Shown here piece after piece: positions 8,218 to 17,250 of a stretch of DNA of 53,044 nucleotides. Position numbers and translations under genes: made by a program. Origin of the DNA: a virus (Duplodnaviria; Caudoviricetes); IMG/VR virus record IMGVR_UViG_3300023109_001242, positions 1 through 53,044 of that record; one strand, given 5' to 3'. How positions within the stretch are numbered: position 1 is the first letter of the stretch; every line of letters starts with the position of its first letter. A model generated the notes under the pieces. It saw nothing but the letters and a program-made list of their open reading frames with translations, had not been told where the DNA came from and did not search any database.

Positions 8218-10761
8218 ATGATGACATCATTCTACACTTCAGTCGAGCGATATGGCAAAAACATTCTATGGCGTGGTTATGAAAACGGTAAACGTTTCTC
8301 GTACAAAGTTCCATACAAGCCAACGCTCTATCTAAGCAGTAACAAAGCAGGAGAAGAGGGATTTACCCCTCTCAAAGGTAACAGCAAAATCAGTCCGCAC
8401 CAGTTCGGTTCCATGGCTGAAAGCAAAGACTTCATCGAGGAATACAAAGGTGTTTCCAACATGAAGATCTATGGTAACACAAACTATATCACTCAATTCA
8501 TACAAGAAAGCTATCCTGATGATATCAAATATGATATCAAAGATGTTAATATCGTATCATTTGATATCGAGGTTGATATCGCTGATGGCTATCCCAATGT
8601 TGAATATGCAGATAAAGAAATCACATCGATCGCTTATAAATCTTCTAAGAGCAGTAAGTACTTCCTACTTGGTCGCAAAGACTACGATAAGACACAAACT
8701 GTTACTGGTATTGATCCAGACGACATTGTCTTTATTAAATTTGAAAGTGAAGAGCAATTACTACGAAGGTTCATAGAGTTATGGGTAGCAGAATATCCTG
8801 ACATTGTTACTGGTTGGAACGTTCAATACTTTGATATCCAGTATCTTATAACTCGTATTACAAACTTAATGGGTGACGATGTTGCAGCTCGACTCAGTCC
8901 TTGGAAAAACGTTAAACGATTCAGCAGAGAGTTCTTTGGTAAGATGCAATCTTCTTACAATATCTCGGGTGTTTCTGTTATTGACTACATGGATTGTTTC
9001 AAGAAGTTCGGTTACAAGTATGGTCCTCAAGAATCATTTAAACTTGACCATATTGCATATGTTGTTCTTGGTGAAAAGAAACTTGACTATTCTGAATATG
9101 GTAACCTCAACGACTTATACGAAAAGAACCCACAACTATATCTCGACTATAACTTAAAAGACACACAGCTTATACAACGACTTGAAGATGAAACATCTCT
9201 ACTTGCTCTTGTTATGACTGTTGCTTATGGTGGTGGTGTAAACTACCAAGACGCTTTCGGTACTGTTGGTATATGGGAATCTATTATCTACAGACGATTG
9301 ATGAAAGATAAGATTGTTCCACCAATCAAAGAGTCACCTGGTATGCGAGGTAAAGAACTCGTAGGTGGTTACGTTAAAGATCCAAAACCTGGTATGTATC
9401 CATGGGTTGTATCGTTTGACTTGAACTCACTGTATCCTCACTTAATGTTACAATACAACATGTCACCTGAAACTTATATGCCAGATGAACGTGAGTATGT
9501 AACTCAAGACATGGTACTTGATGGTAAGTTTAAAAACAATAATGGTATGTCGGTTGGTGCTAATGGTGTATGTTTCAGTAATGAAAAAGTTGGTATTATC
9601 CCAGGCATCATTCAAGAGTACTACGACGAACGTGCTCTTATCAAAAAGCAGATGCTTGCAGTTGAACAACAACTTGAGGTTGAAACAGACCCAACTGAAA
9701 AGCGTAAGCTTAAAACAGAAGCTAACCAATTACACAATTCTCAAATGTCTATTAAGATTTCGATGAACTCACTCTACGGAGCTACAGCAAACATCTACTT
9801 CTTATATTATATTGGAGAAATGGCAGAAGCTATTACAACGTCTGGTCAACTCTCTATTCGATATGCTCAAAAGTCTGTTAACGAATATCTCAACAAGGTA
9901 CTCAAAACAAAAGACCATGACTATATCATCTATATTGACACTGACTCAATCTATGTTGACTTCGCTTCACTGATTGAAAAGGTCTATGGTACTACAGACA
10001 TTGATCGTAAGACAGGAGAAGAGTTCCTAGATAAAGTCTGCAAGACTAAGATCGAACAAATCATCGAAGATGGTTACGAACAACTTGCATCTGACATGGG
10101 TGCCTATCGTAATGCCATGGTAATGAAACGAGAGAAGATTAACGATCGAGCAATCTTTATTGCTAAGAAACGTTACATACTGAATACTCTCAACTCAGAA
10201 GGTGTTCATTACGAAAAGCCAAAGATCAGTGTAACAGGACTTGAGTCTGTACGATCAAGCACACCTGAAGTCTGCCGTGATAAAATGCGTGAGATCTTCA
10301 GCGTGATTCTAAACGAAGGTGAAGAGCAGACACAACAGTTTATTGGTAACTTTAAACAAGAGTTCTTTAAGATGCCAGCGCAAGACGTTGCTAAAAACTC
10401 TGGTACTGATAGTATTTCTAAATATCAAAACAGAACTAATCTTTATAATAAAGGTTGTCCCATACACGTACGTGGCTGTATCTTATTTAACCACTATCTG
10501 AAAGAAAGTAATCTTACTAAACGATACGAACCTATTCAAGGTGGTGACAAGATCAAATTCGTTTATCTTAAAGTACCAAACCCTATCAAAGAAAATGTGA
10601 TCTCATTTCCAAACTTCTTACCCAAAGAGCTTGGACTAGAGCAATACATTGACTACGAAACACAATTTAACAAAGTATTCCTAAGCCCTATTGAAAACAT
10701 TATTTCACCACTCGGCTGGACTGCAGAAAAACAAGATACACTTGACTCATTTTTCGGTTGA
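8218..10761 (+). CDS. gp43: Family B DNA polymerase
   Basis: FDIEV exonuclease motif, SFDLNSLYP, KISMNSLYG, YIDTDS; C-terminal TLDSFFG clamp-binding-like tail. Confidence 0.97.
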   Translation: MMTSFYTSVERYGKNILWRGYENGKRFSYKVPYKPTLYLSSNKAGEEGFTPLKGNSKISPHQFGSMAESKDFIEEYKGVSNMKIYGNTNYITQFIQESYPDDIKYDIKDVNIVSFDIEVDIADGYPNVEYADKEITSIAYKSSKSSKYFLLGRKDYDKTQTVTGIDPDDIVFIKFESEEQLLRRFIELWVAEYPDIVTGWNVQYFDIQYLITRITNLMGDDVAARLSPWKNVKRFSREFFGKMQSSYNISGVSVIDYMDCFKKFGYKYGPQESFKLDHIAYVVLGEKKLDYSEYGNLNDLYEKNPQLYLDYNLKDTQLIQRLEDETSLLALVMTVAYGGGVNYQDAFGTVGIWESIIYRRLMKDKIVPPIKESPGMRGKELVGGYVKDPKPGMYPWVVSFDLNSLYPHLMLQYNMSPETYMPDEREYVTQDMVLDGKFKNNNGMSVGANGVCFSNEKVGIIPGIIQEYYDERALIKKQMLAVEQQLEVETDPTEKRKLKTEANQLHNSQMSIKISMNSLYGATANIYFLYYIGEMAEAITTSGQLSIRYAQKSVNEYLNKVLKTKDHDYIIYIDTDSIYVDFASLIEKVYGTTDIDRKTGEEFLDKVCKTKIEQIIEDGYEQLASDMGAYRNAMVMKREKINDRAIFIAKKRYILNTLNSEGVHYEKPKISVTGLESVRSSTPEVCRDKMREIFSVILNEGEEQTQQFIGNFKQEFFKMPAQDVAKNSGTDSISKYQNRTNLYNKGCPIHVRGCILFNHYLKESNLTKRYEPIQGGDKIKFVYLKVPNPIKENVISFPNFLPKELGLEQYIDYETQFNKVFLSPIENIISPLGWTAEKQDTLDSFFG

Positions 10762-10786
10762 CAAATGGATTCAAATGTGTTATAAT
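10758..10786 (+). promoter_or_regulatory. Sigma70-type early promoter overlapping the gp43 stop codon
   Basis: TTGACA(10758-10763)-N17-TATAAT(10781-10786). Confidence 0.85.
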
Positions 10787-10809
10787 ATAACCCACAAATG
10801 GAGAAAAGT

Positions 10810-11097
10810 ATGAATGATATACAAATCGTAAGGCTATCAACTGGTGAAGAAGTTGTAGCTAAAGTCGTTTATGACAAAGGATTCTATACCTTAACGGATG
10901 GAATCTTACTAGTGCCGGCAGGTGAAGGTAAAATTGGAATGGTTCCTTTCGTACCTTATGCAAAAAGAGTGCCCATCGCAATTGGTGAACAACATGTTAT
11001 GTTTGTTACTGAACCTGCAGATGAGCTTAAGAAGCAAGTAATTGAAGCAACCACGGGTATTATGATGCCTGAAAGTGGTGGACTTAAGTTAATATGA
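10810..11097 (+). CDS. Conserved T4-like phage hypothetical protein (small beta-rich)
   Basis: IVRLSTGEEVVAKV N-terminus common in T4-like phages; GGAG RBS favours ATG 10810. Confidence 0.7.
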   Translation: MNDIQIVRLSTGEEVVAKVVYDKGFYTLTDGILLVPAGEGKIGMVPFVPYAKRVPIAIGEQHVMFVTEPADELKKQVIEATTGIMMPESGGLKLI

Positions 11098-11309
11098 TAA
11101 AGATATACGGAAAAGATAATTGTGGCTATTGTAATATGGCTAAGCAGTTATGTGAACAGAAAGGCTTAGAGTACGAATACCTAAGCCTTGGTCTAGATTA
11201 CTTGCAAGACGAATTTTTTGAAATGTTCCCTGGTGCAAGGACTTTCCCACAAATAACAATGGAAGGTGAAAACATCGGTGGATTTACTGAATTGAGAGAA
11301 TTAGTATGA
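11094..11309 (+). CDS. Glutaredoxin (NrdC-like)
   Basis: CGYC active site, TFPQI, IGGF. Confidence 0.9.
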   Translation: MIKIYGKDNCGYCNMAKQLCEQKGLEYEYLSLGLDYLQDEFFEMFPGARTFPQITMEGENIGGFTELRELV

Positions 11310-11707
11310 GTAAAAATTGGGTAGAAGATATACACTTAATGCAAAGTAAATATCTTACAAGACAATGGGTTGAAGCTAATCCTGAAAAACTTAAAGAGTT
11401 CTTAGATTTTAGAATTAAATTTTTAGAAGAAGAACTAGGAGAAACACGTAAAGCTGTAGCAGAAAATGATCCAGAAGAAATCGTAGATGGTTTAATTGAT
11501 CTATGTGTTGTGGCTATTGGTACGCTTGATGCTTACGGTGTCAATCCTTACAAAGCTTGGGACGAAGTACTCAAAGCAAATATGAACAAAGAGGTTGGTG
11601 AAAAACCAAGCAGACCAAATCCACTCGGTGTGCCAGACCTCGTTAAACCAGAATCATGGTATCCACCCTCTCACGAAGGTAACCATGGTAAATTCTCAGA
11701 CTTATAG
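11306..11707 (+). CDS. MazG-like all-alpha nucleotide pyrophosphohydrolase
   Basis: EEELGE...EEIVDGLID...EV..ANM.K...DLVKP..W.PP pattern. Confidence 0.75.
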   Translation: MSKNWVEDIHLMQSKYLTRQWVEANPEKLKEFLDFRIKFLEEELGETRKAVAENDPEEIVDGLIDLCVVAIGTLDAYGVNPYKAWDEVLKANMNKEVGEKPSRPNPLGVPDLVKPESWYPPSHEGNHGKFSDL

Positions 11708-11718
11708 GAGATTATATT

Positions 11719-11952
11719 ATGAAAAATTTGAGAGAAAATATCCTAGCAGCTTTAATCGCTAGGTACAACGCATCTATTGCAGAAGCAAAAGTTAACATTG
11801 AAGTTCTATTAGAATCACACGTTGGTGTGGCAGAACATCCAGGTACTGTTGAAACAATCGACGGTGAACTAGCTAAACTAGCAGAAGCAGAAGACAAGCT
11901 AGCAAACATTCAGAAGTCTTTCGCAGCACCAATCCCACCTAAAGTTGTTTAA
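11719..11952 (+). CDS. Conserved phage hypothetical protein (helical hairpin)
   Basis: AGGAG RBS; NIEVLLE..VGVAEH pattern recalled from marine T4-like phages. Confidence 0.7.
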   Translation: MKNLRENILAALIARYNASIAEAKVNIEVLLESHVGVAEHPGTVETIDGELAKLAEAEDKLANIQKSFAAPIPPKVV

Positions 11953-11959
11953 AAAAGGG

Positions 11960-11988
11960 TTGACAAACACATTTAGATGTGTTATAAT
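11960..11988 (+). promoter_or_regulatory. Sigma70-type early promoter for the nucleotide-modification operon
   Basis: TTGACA(11960-11965)-N17-TATAAT(11983-11988), A-tract upstream. Confidence 0.85.
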
Positions 11989-12011
11989 ATATTTTTATTA
12001 TGGAGCAAGCT

Positions 12012-12356
12012 ATGACCAAACAGGTTAACCCAGTTTCGGTTGATGTACTGCAAGAGTGCGTTGACCTACAATTGAAAAAGTCGAGAGATTATCAAAATCC
12101 AAACTCGACTGTTCAGCAAGCCGACTACTATCCTAACGGAATCACAACTATACATGATATCATGCATGCAAAAATGCTACGTATGAAATCAGTTATGGAA
12201 GCGATGCAGTCGGACGATTACGATCCTAACTTTGAGTCCCTTGAAGACTCAGCTAAAGACTTAATTAACTATTCTAGTTTCTTTGTCTCTTACTGTCGTC
12301 AAGGTATTAAAGGTCAGGATTCAACTAAAGACGTATTTAACAGGACTATATCATGA
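12012..12356 (+). CDS. Nucleotide-modification-associated all-alpha protein (DUF1599/Nmad1-like)
   Basis: L..KKSRDY...K..R......ESLEDSAKDLINYS pattern; GGAG RBS before ATG 12012. Confidence 0.65.
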   Translation: MTKQVNPVSVDVLQECVDLQLKKSRDYQNPNSTVQQADYYPNGITTIHDIMHAKMLRMKSVMEAMQSDDYDPNFESLEDSAKDLINYSSFFVSYCRQGIKGQDSTKDVFNRTIS

Positions 12357-12607
12357 GTAACATTATTATACCTTCAAGCGAAGAAGACAGAAAACGCATC
12401 CGTGGAGCATTCGAAGAGATCAGCAATTCATTTGTTAGAATCGAAGGTGAACGCTCTTTCCAAAAAGACGCTATCGAAGCTTTGGCAGAAGATGTAGATA
12501 TTCCAAAGGGAACACTACGTAAAGCTGCAAGAGTATTTCACAGGCAGAACATCAGTTCAGTAGTAACTGAAGTTGAAGACATGGAAGCATTACTGGAATC
12601 TATCTAA
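12353..12607 (+). CDS. dsDNA-binding protein (T4 DsbA-like)
   Basis: 84 aa helical; EISNS..RIE.E....KDAI......DIPK..LRK.AR.FH.QN pattern. Confidence 0.6.
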   Translation: MSNIIIPSSEEDRKRIRGAFEEISNSFVRIEGERSFQKDAIEALAEDVDIPKGTLRKAARVFHRQNISSVVTEVEDMEALLESI

Positions 12608-13275
12608 TGAAACAAGTCCAAGACATTCGTAACATCATTATGAACAAGTATCTTCTTGAAGATTATACTGTTGATCGTACTGGTGCAAAAACTATCGAAG
12701 TCTTTGGTGAATCGTTTCTTGCCGATGAAGACTACGTAATTCGTAAACCTGCGTATAAGTATATTGAACGTGAATTAGATTGGTACAAATCAGAATCGTT
12801 ATATGTTGACGACATTCCTGGAGAGACACCACAAATATGGAAAGATATATCTTCTGATGAAGGTAAGATCAATTCAAATTATGGTTGGTGTATCTATTCA
12901 GAAGAGAATGGCCATCAGTATAAACACGTACTTCGTGAGTTAAAATCTAATCCTAATAGCCGTCGTGCTTCAATGATTTATAACCGACCAAGTATGCATC
13001 TTGACTTCAGCCGTGATGGTATGAACGACTTTATGTGTACTTTCAGTAATACATTTATGATCCGAGATAATAAACTTATCTCACACTATGTGATGCGATC
13101 TAATGATGCTGTCTTCGGTTATAACAATGATTACGCTTGGGCTAAGTATGTTCAATCACAACTCGCTGAAGATCTAGACATTGAAGCAGGTGATCTAATC
13201 TGGACAGCAACCAACTTTCATGTATACGAAAGACACTTTGACCAAGTTGAGGCGTTAATTAATGCAGGTAAATAA
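12607..13275 (+). CDS. gp42: dCMP hydroxymethylase-type thymidylate synthase homologue
   Basis: ERELDWY.S.SL, INSNYGW, SRRA.MIY.RPSM, DFMCT (catalytic Cys), MRSNDAVFGYNNDYAW. The Asp at the specificity position matches T4 gp42 (dCMP) rather than the Asn of dUMP enzymes. Confidence 0.85.
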   Translation: MKQVQDIRNIIMNKYLLEDYTVDRTGAKTIEVFGESFLADEDYVIRKPAYKYIERELDWYKSESLYVDDIPGETPQIWKDISSDEGKINSNYGWCIYSEENGHQYKHVLRELKSNPNSRRASMIYNRPSMHLDFSRDGMNDFMCTFSNTFMIRDNKLISHYVMRSNDAVFGYNNDYAWAKYVQSQLAEDLDIEAGDLIWTATNFHVYERHFDQVEALINAGK

Positions 13276-13735
13276 ATGGGACCAAAGATTTACAAGACTA
13301 GCTAGAGAAGTAGCTACTTGGTCAAAAGATCCAAGTACACAGATTGGCGCAGTGATTGTAAACGACGAACGTAGAGTATTAGCTACTGGTTATAACGGTT
13401 TCCCAAAAGGAATAGCCGACACACCAGAGAGATACGAAGATAAAGAAGTGAAATACGAAACAGTAATTCACGCAGAAATGAATGCTATCTATAACGCTAC
13501 ATACAATGGTATCTCTTTAAAAGATTCTACCATTTATGTTTGGGGATTACCTGTGTGCAACGATTGTGCAAGAGGGATCATTCAAGTTGGTGTTAAAAGA
13601 GTTGTAATGGCAACTGCTGGAGAAATTCCAGAGAAATGGGTCGCTTCATTTTCTAAATCTTTTAATCTATTTCTTGAAGCTGGAGTCACCACAGAGTTCC
13701 TACAAGGACCTACGGTGTTAGAACTTCATAAATAA
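13262..13735 (+). CDS. cd: dCMP deaminase
   Basis: SKDPSTQIGAVIV, TGYNG, HAEMNAI, PVCNDC zinc motifs. Confidence 0.9.
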   Translation: MQVNKWDQRFTRLAREVATWSKDPSTQIGAVIVNDERRVLATGYNGFPKGIADTPERYEDKEVKYETVIHAEMNAIYNATYNGISLKDSTIYVWGLPVCNDCARGIIQVGVKRVVMATAGEIPEKWVASFSKSFNLFLEAGVTTEFLQGPTVLELHK

Positions 13736-13786
13736 TATAATATATAAACACACCTTTATAATGTACCAGTGAGAACTACCTGAACA

Positions 13787-14869
13787 ATGAGAATACTTCT
13801 ACCATACTTTACAAGAAACAATATTGAGATTACAGACTCTGTTGTTATTGGTGGTGTAGAGCGTTTCGCACAGTTAATTTATCAAAATTTTGACGATGTG
13901 ATACCTGTACATTTTACAGATGAAGATCGAAAGAAGCGTAGAGTGACTGATAAAATCACTGCTGCTATTGATACTTACTCACCAGATGTTGTTATTGTAA
14001 ATTATGATAACGCACCACTTACTACTAGATTACAAGCAAAAACTAATACACCTATATTATGGATTAGTCATACCGCTGCTGGTGGTATTTCTAAAATTGG
14101 TCATATGCAACAAATGCATGAGTTCCAAGAAAAGGGTGGAGTAGTTGCGTTTGTATCTAAACATCAACATCTCGGTATGGATAAATTAAGTCAACGAATA
14201 GAAAAGAAACCATTGCCTATTGTCGATTTTATTAATTCAGCCTTTTGTAGTGGTGATGAGAAGGTACTTGAAAAAACTTATGATGCAGTGACGATCGGTC
14301 GTACAGATAAAACAAAAAATCCATTTTGGATGCCCAAGAAACTTGACGGCTCTGGATTACATAATATCGTATTGACATCTCACGTATCTGAATTATTGTA
14401 TGGTGAACATCTTAAATACTACGAAGACAATACCAAATGGGAACGTCCAAACGAAGTATTGCGTAACTTACCTTACGATCAAGTTATGACTTATATGGCT
14501 CAAGCTGGTTGCTATGTGTCAACATGTCCTGTAGAGACTTGGGGTATTACTGCTCTTGAAGCACTTGCTCATGGTCTACCTACTATACTTGTAACGAACA
14601 CAACTGACTCCCATGCATCCGAGTCGATCCCGGTCATAAATAAAGATATAATCAAAGTACGATCAACTATTAAAGGCGAAGACCTTGCTGATATTGTTCG
14701 ATCTTTAAACAAGTTAACCTTTACAGAGAGACAAGACATCTCTGAAAGGACCAAAGCAAAACACAGCTTATGGGCTTGGAAGAAAAACATTGAAAAAGTG
14801 TTGACAAAAACTATAGAATGTGTTATAATAGATAATAATGACGAAGCTTCCCTGAGTAGCTTCTTTTGA
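13787..14869 (+). CDS. GT-B fold glycosyltransferase (GT4-like)
   Basis: N-terminal GGVERF; E-x7-E motif ETWGITALEALAHGLP. Confidence 0.8.
   Translation: MRILLPYFTRNNIEITDSVVIGGVERFAQLIYQNFDDVIPVHFTDEDRKKRRVTDKITAAIDTYSPDVVIVNYDNAPLTTRLQAKTNTPILWISHTAAGGISKIGHMQQMHEFQEKGGVVAFVSKHQHLGMDKLSQRIEKKPLPIVDFINSAFCSGDEKVLEKTYDAVTIGRTDKTKNPFWMPKKLDGSGLHNIVLTSHVSELLYGEHLKYYEDNTKWERPNEVLRNLPYDQVMTYMAQAGCYVSTCPVETWGITALEALAHGLPTILVTNTTDSHASESIPVINKDIIKVRSTIKGEDLADIVRSLNKLTFTERQDISERTKAKHSLWAWKKNIEKVLTKTIECVIIDNNDEASLSSFF
14801..14829 (+). promoter_or_regulatory. Sigma70-type promoter embedded in the 3' end of the GT4-like CDS
   Basis: TTGACA(14801-14806)-N17-TATAAT(14824-14829), extended -10. Confidence 0.8.
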
Positions 14870-14887
14870 TAATTATGGAGAAATTGA

Positions 14888-16012
14888 ATGAAAATCTTAA
14901 TCACTGGCTTTAACAAAGAGCAATGTACACGTGATTATTTTCTAGGTAAAGAACTCAAGATCCTTAATTCACACTATTCGCTTATCCGATGCCTCGAAGC
15001 TATGGGACACGAGATTGAGCAAAGACCTGTGAGTATTGGTGAGAATCTAACTGCCTATGATAAAGTTATTGTGTACCTCTCATCTGTAAAATCTTTCAGT
15101 CACCACGCTTTTGACGCGCTGTATGCACTCAAAGCAAGACCTGACGCGCTTCTTGGAAACGATGATTGGCAAGTACGCGAAGTATTTGTATCGTTTAAAC
15201 TATACCAAGAGAACCTTAGAGAATGGAAAGAAACTGGTAAGCCGTTCCTTGAATATGGAACAAACAAATACCTGGCTGATCTTTACAAAGGTGATACTAA
15301 ACTCGAAAAGCTTGGTGATCATATTGATACATTCATTGAAGGTTGTGAAATCATTAACAGAAAAACAAATCCGTTAATTCTTTGTACCTTTGCAGGTGGT
15401 GACAACGATCTATTTAAGATTGGTTACAAAGGTGATATCATCAATTACAATCCTAATCCTTACAATTTAAATCGTAGACCAGAGAATAACTATGGTGAAG
15501 ATCCTGGTATCTTATCATTCTTTGATGATGAGCCAATCATTCTTCCACCCGATGAAAAGAAAATGCGTTGGGTATTCTCATCTATCGTTCAAAGTAAAAC
15601 AATGCCTTGGTTCAATAAACAAACACCAACATGGGATGTTTTAAACTTTGGCCCAAGACGAGAAACTAAACTTACTAAAGGTATCGAAACATTCCGTGTT
15701 AAAGAGCCTGAGATGTGCAGAATCTATAATGAAAACTGGGGTTGTATGATGCCAGAGTATTATCATGCTGGTTCAGCTTGGTGGAGATCTCGTGTTCAGC
15801 AAGTAGCTGATGTAGAGTCTGTCCTAGTATGTTCAGATAAAGAAGGTGCCATCTATGGTGAAGCTTATGTAGGTAATACACTAGCGAGTGTTGAGAATAT
15901 GTCACTCGAAGAGCTAACCAAACTTGGTAAAGATCAAAAAGAATGTTTGTACGATAACCATCCACTCGATAAAAGAGTACAACAGCAAGAATTAGAGGCA
16001 ATAGTACAATGA
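14888..16012 (+). CDS. Putative divergent GT-B-like DNA-modifying transferase
   Basis: MKILITG...CLEAMGHEI Rossmann-like start, 374 aa, location among modification genes; family not firmly recognised. Confidence 0.5.
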   Translation: MKILITGFNKEQCTRDYFLGKELKILNSHYSLIRCLEAMGHEIEQRPVSIGENLTAYDKVIVYLSSVKSFSHHAFDALYALKARPDALLGNDDWQVREVFVSFKLYQENLREWKETGKPFLEYGTNKYLADLYKGDTKLEKLGDHIDTFIEGCEIINRKTNPLILCTFAGGDNDLFKIGYKGDIINYNPNPYNLNRRPENNYGEDPGILSFFDDEPIILPPDEKKMRWVFSSIVQSKTMPWFNKQTPTWDVLNFGPRRETKLTKGIETFRVKEPEMCRIYNENWGCMMPEYYHAGSAWWRSRVQQVADVESVLVCSDKEGAIYGEAYVGNTLASVENMSLEELTKLGKDQKECLYDNHPLDKRVQQQELEAIVQ

Positions 16013-17250
16013 AACACGCAGCAATTATACCACTGATCGGTGGTGAGGTATTAGCTTCAGATGATGCTTACGGAGTCACTCCAGAATATATGATGACTTA
16101 TAGCGGATTTGAAGGTAATGAGAAACATCTAAGAAATCATTATGCACAACAAGGTGTCGACGTACCTTACCATATTATTGATGGAGATAATGCACCTAAG
16201 CGTTACAAGAAAGTTGATGTTGTTTCATCAGTATGTCCTTGTGCAGGCTTAAGTAGTTATCACAGTTCTTACGGTGAAGACAATCCAAATAACCAATGGA
16301 TGGAAAAATCAACTAAGTTTGTATTGAATGAGATTGGTCCTAAAGTATTATGGGGTGAGAATGCTCCTGCTTTGGCAACCAACGTCGGCGCATTTATGAG
16401 AAAGAAACTTCTTAAAACTGCCAATGAAGCTGGTTATAATATGACCATCTATACTACGAAGACATTATTACATGGTACTCCGCAGATACGAAGACGATCA
16501 TTCTACTTCTTTTGGAAAAGAGATTACTTTAAGAATAAAGTTCCTGTATTTAATTACTTCAAAAAAGAACATCCAACGATCGCTCAATTACTGATGGAGA
16601 ATAAAAGTAATTTCCAAACAGAAACAATTAACTCTAAGATTCCATCTGTTGATGATCCTTACTATAAGTACTTCTTAGAAGAAATCAAAGGCGGAATGAC
16701 TCACGCAGAGTTTGCAAAAGAGTTAAGAGAAGATGAAACTTTCACAAAGCCTTCTTTTAATGTTGAAAGTGAAATGATCCTTGGTGATTATAAAGGACAA
16801 TGCAACTACAAAGAGCTATCTGAATATATGGCTGCTCAAGGCCTTGAAAGAGAAGCTGCAAAGTGTTTAAGACGATACGAAAAGCTTAAGTCAGGTAAAG
16901 GTGTAATGTGGCGAGGAACAATTATTCCTGTCAAACATATTGGTGCATTCGTTGTACATATGCCTCACGTTCTGACTCACCCTGTAGAAGATAGATATAT
17001 AAACTATAGAGAAGCCATGACCATCATGGGTCTTCCACAAGATTATGAATTACTTGATCCTGAGAAAAGCGTCAATCACATTTGTCAAAATGTTCCGTTC
17101 AATACTGCTAGAGATATGGCTACTCAAGTCAAAGCAGCGATCGAGCGCAAACTTCCTATGGAAGATGCTTCATTCATGTACCAAGACAATATGTCTCAAA
17201 GAATACGAGAGACTACATCAACAGTTGATATTACAGAGTTTATGACATGA
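16009..17250 (+). CDS. Divergent C5-cytosine DNA methyltransferase homologue
   Basis: Motif IV CPCAGLS, VI GENAP, VIII PQIRRR, IX RYINYREAMTIMGLP, X ICQNVP; motif I reads IPLIGG rather than FxGxGG. Confidence 0.8.
   Translation: MKHAAIIPLIGGEVLASDDAYGVTPEYMMTYSGFEGNEKHLRNHYAQQGVDVPYHIIDGDNAPKRYKKVDVVSSVCPCAGLSSYHSSYGEDNPNNQWMEKSTKFVLNEIGPKVLWGENAPALATNVGAFMRKKLLKTANEAGYNMTIYTTKTLLHGTPQIRRRSFYFFWKRDYFKNKVPVFNYFKKEHPTIAQLLMENKSNFQTETINSKIPSVDDPYYKYFLEEIKGGMTHAEFAKELREDETFTKPSFNVESEMILGDYKGQCNYKELSEYMAAQGLEREAAKCLRRYEKLKSGKGVMWRGTIIPVKHIGAFVVHMPHVLTHPVEDRYINYREAMTIMGLPQDYELLDPEKSVNHICQNVPFNTARDMATQVKAAIERKLPMEDASFMYQDNMSQRIRETTSTVDITEFMT

Noticed and set aside
8218-10761. Intron, intein or homing endonuclease in gp43 or other core genes
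   Set aside because: gp43, gp46, gp47, uvsW and gp44 are continuous and of ordinary length; no LAGLIDADG, GIY-YIG, HNH or intein motifs seen.
12607-13275. Annotation as ordinary thymidylate synthase (td/thyA)
   Set aside because: Motifs follow T4 gp42 (DFMCT, RSND..FG..ND) with Asp at the specificity position. The exact product (hydroxymethyl-, hydroxy- or methyl-dCMP) cannot be fixed from sequence alone.
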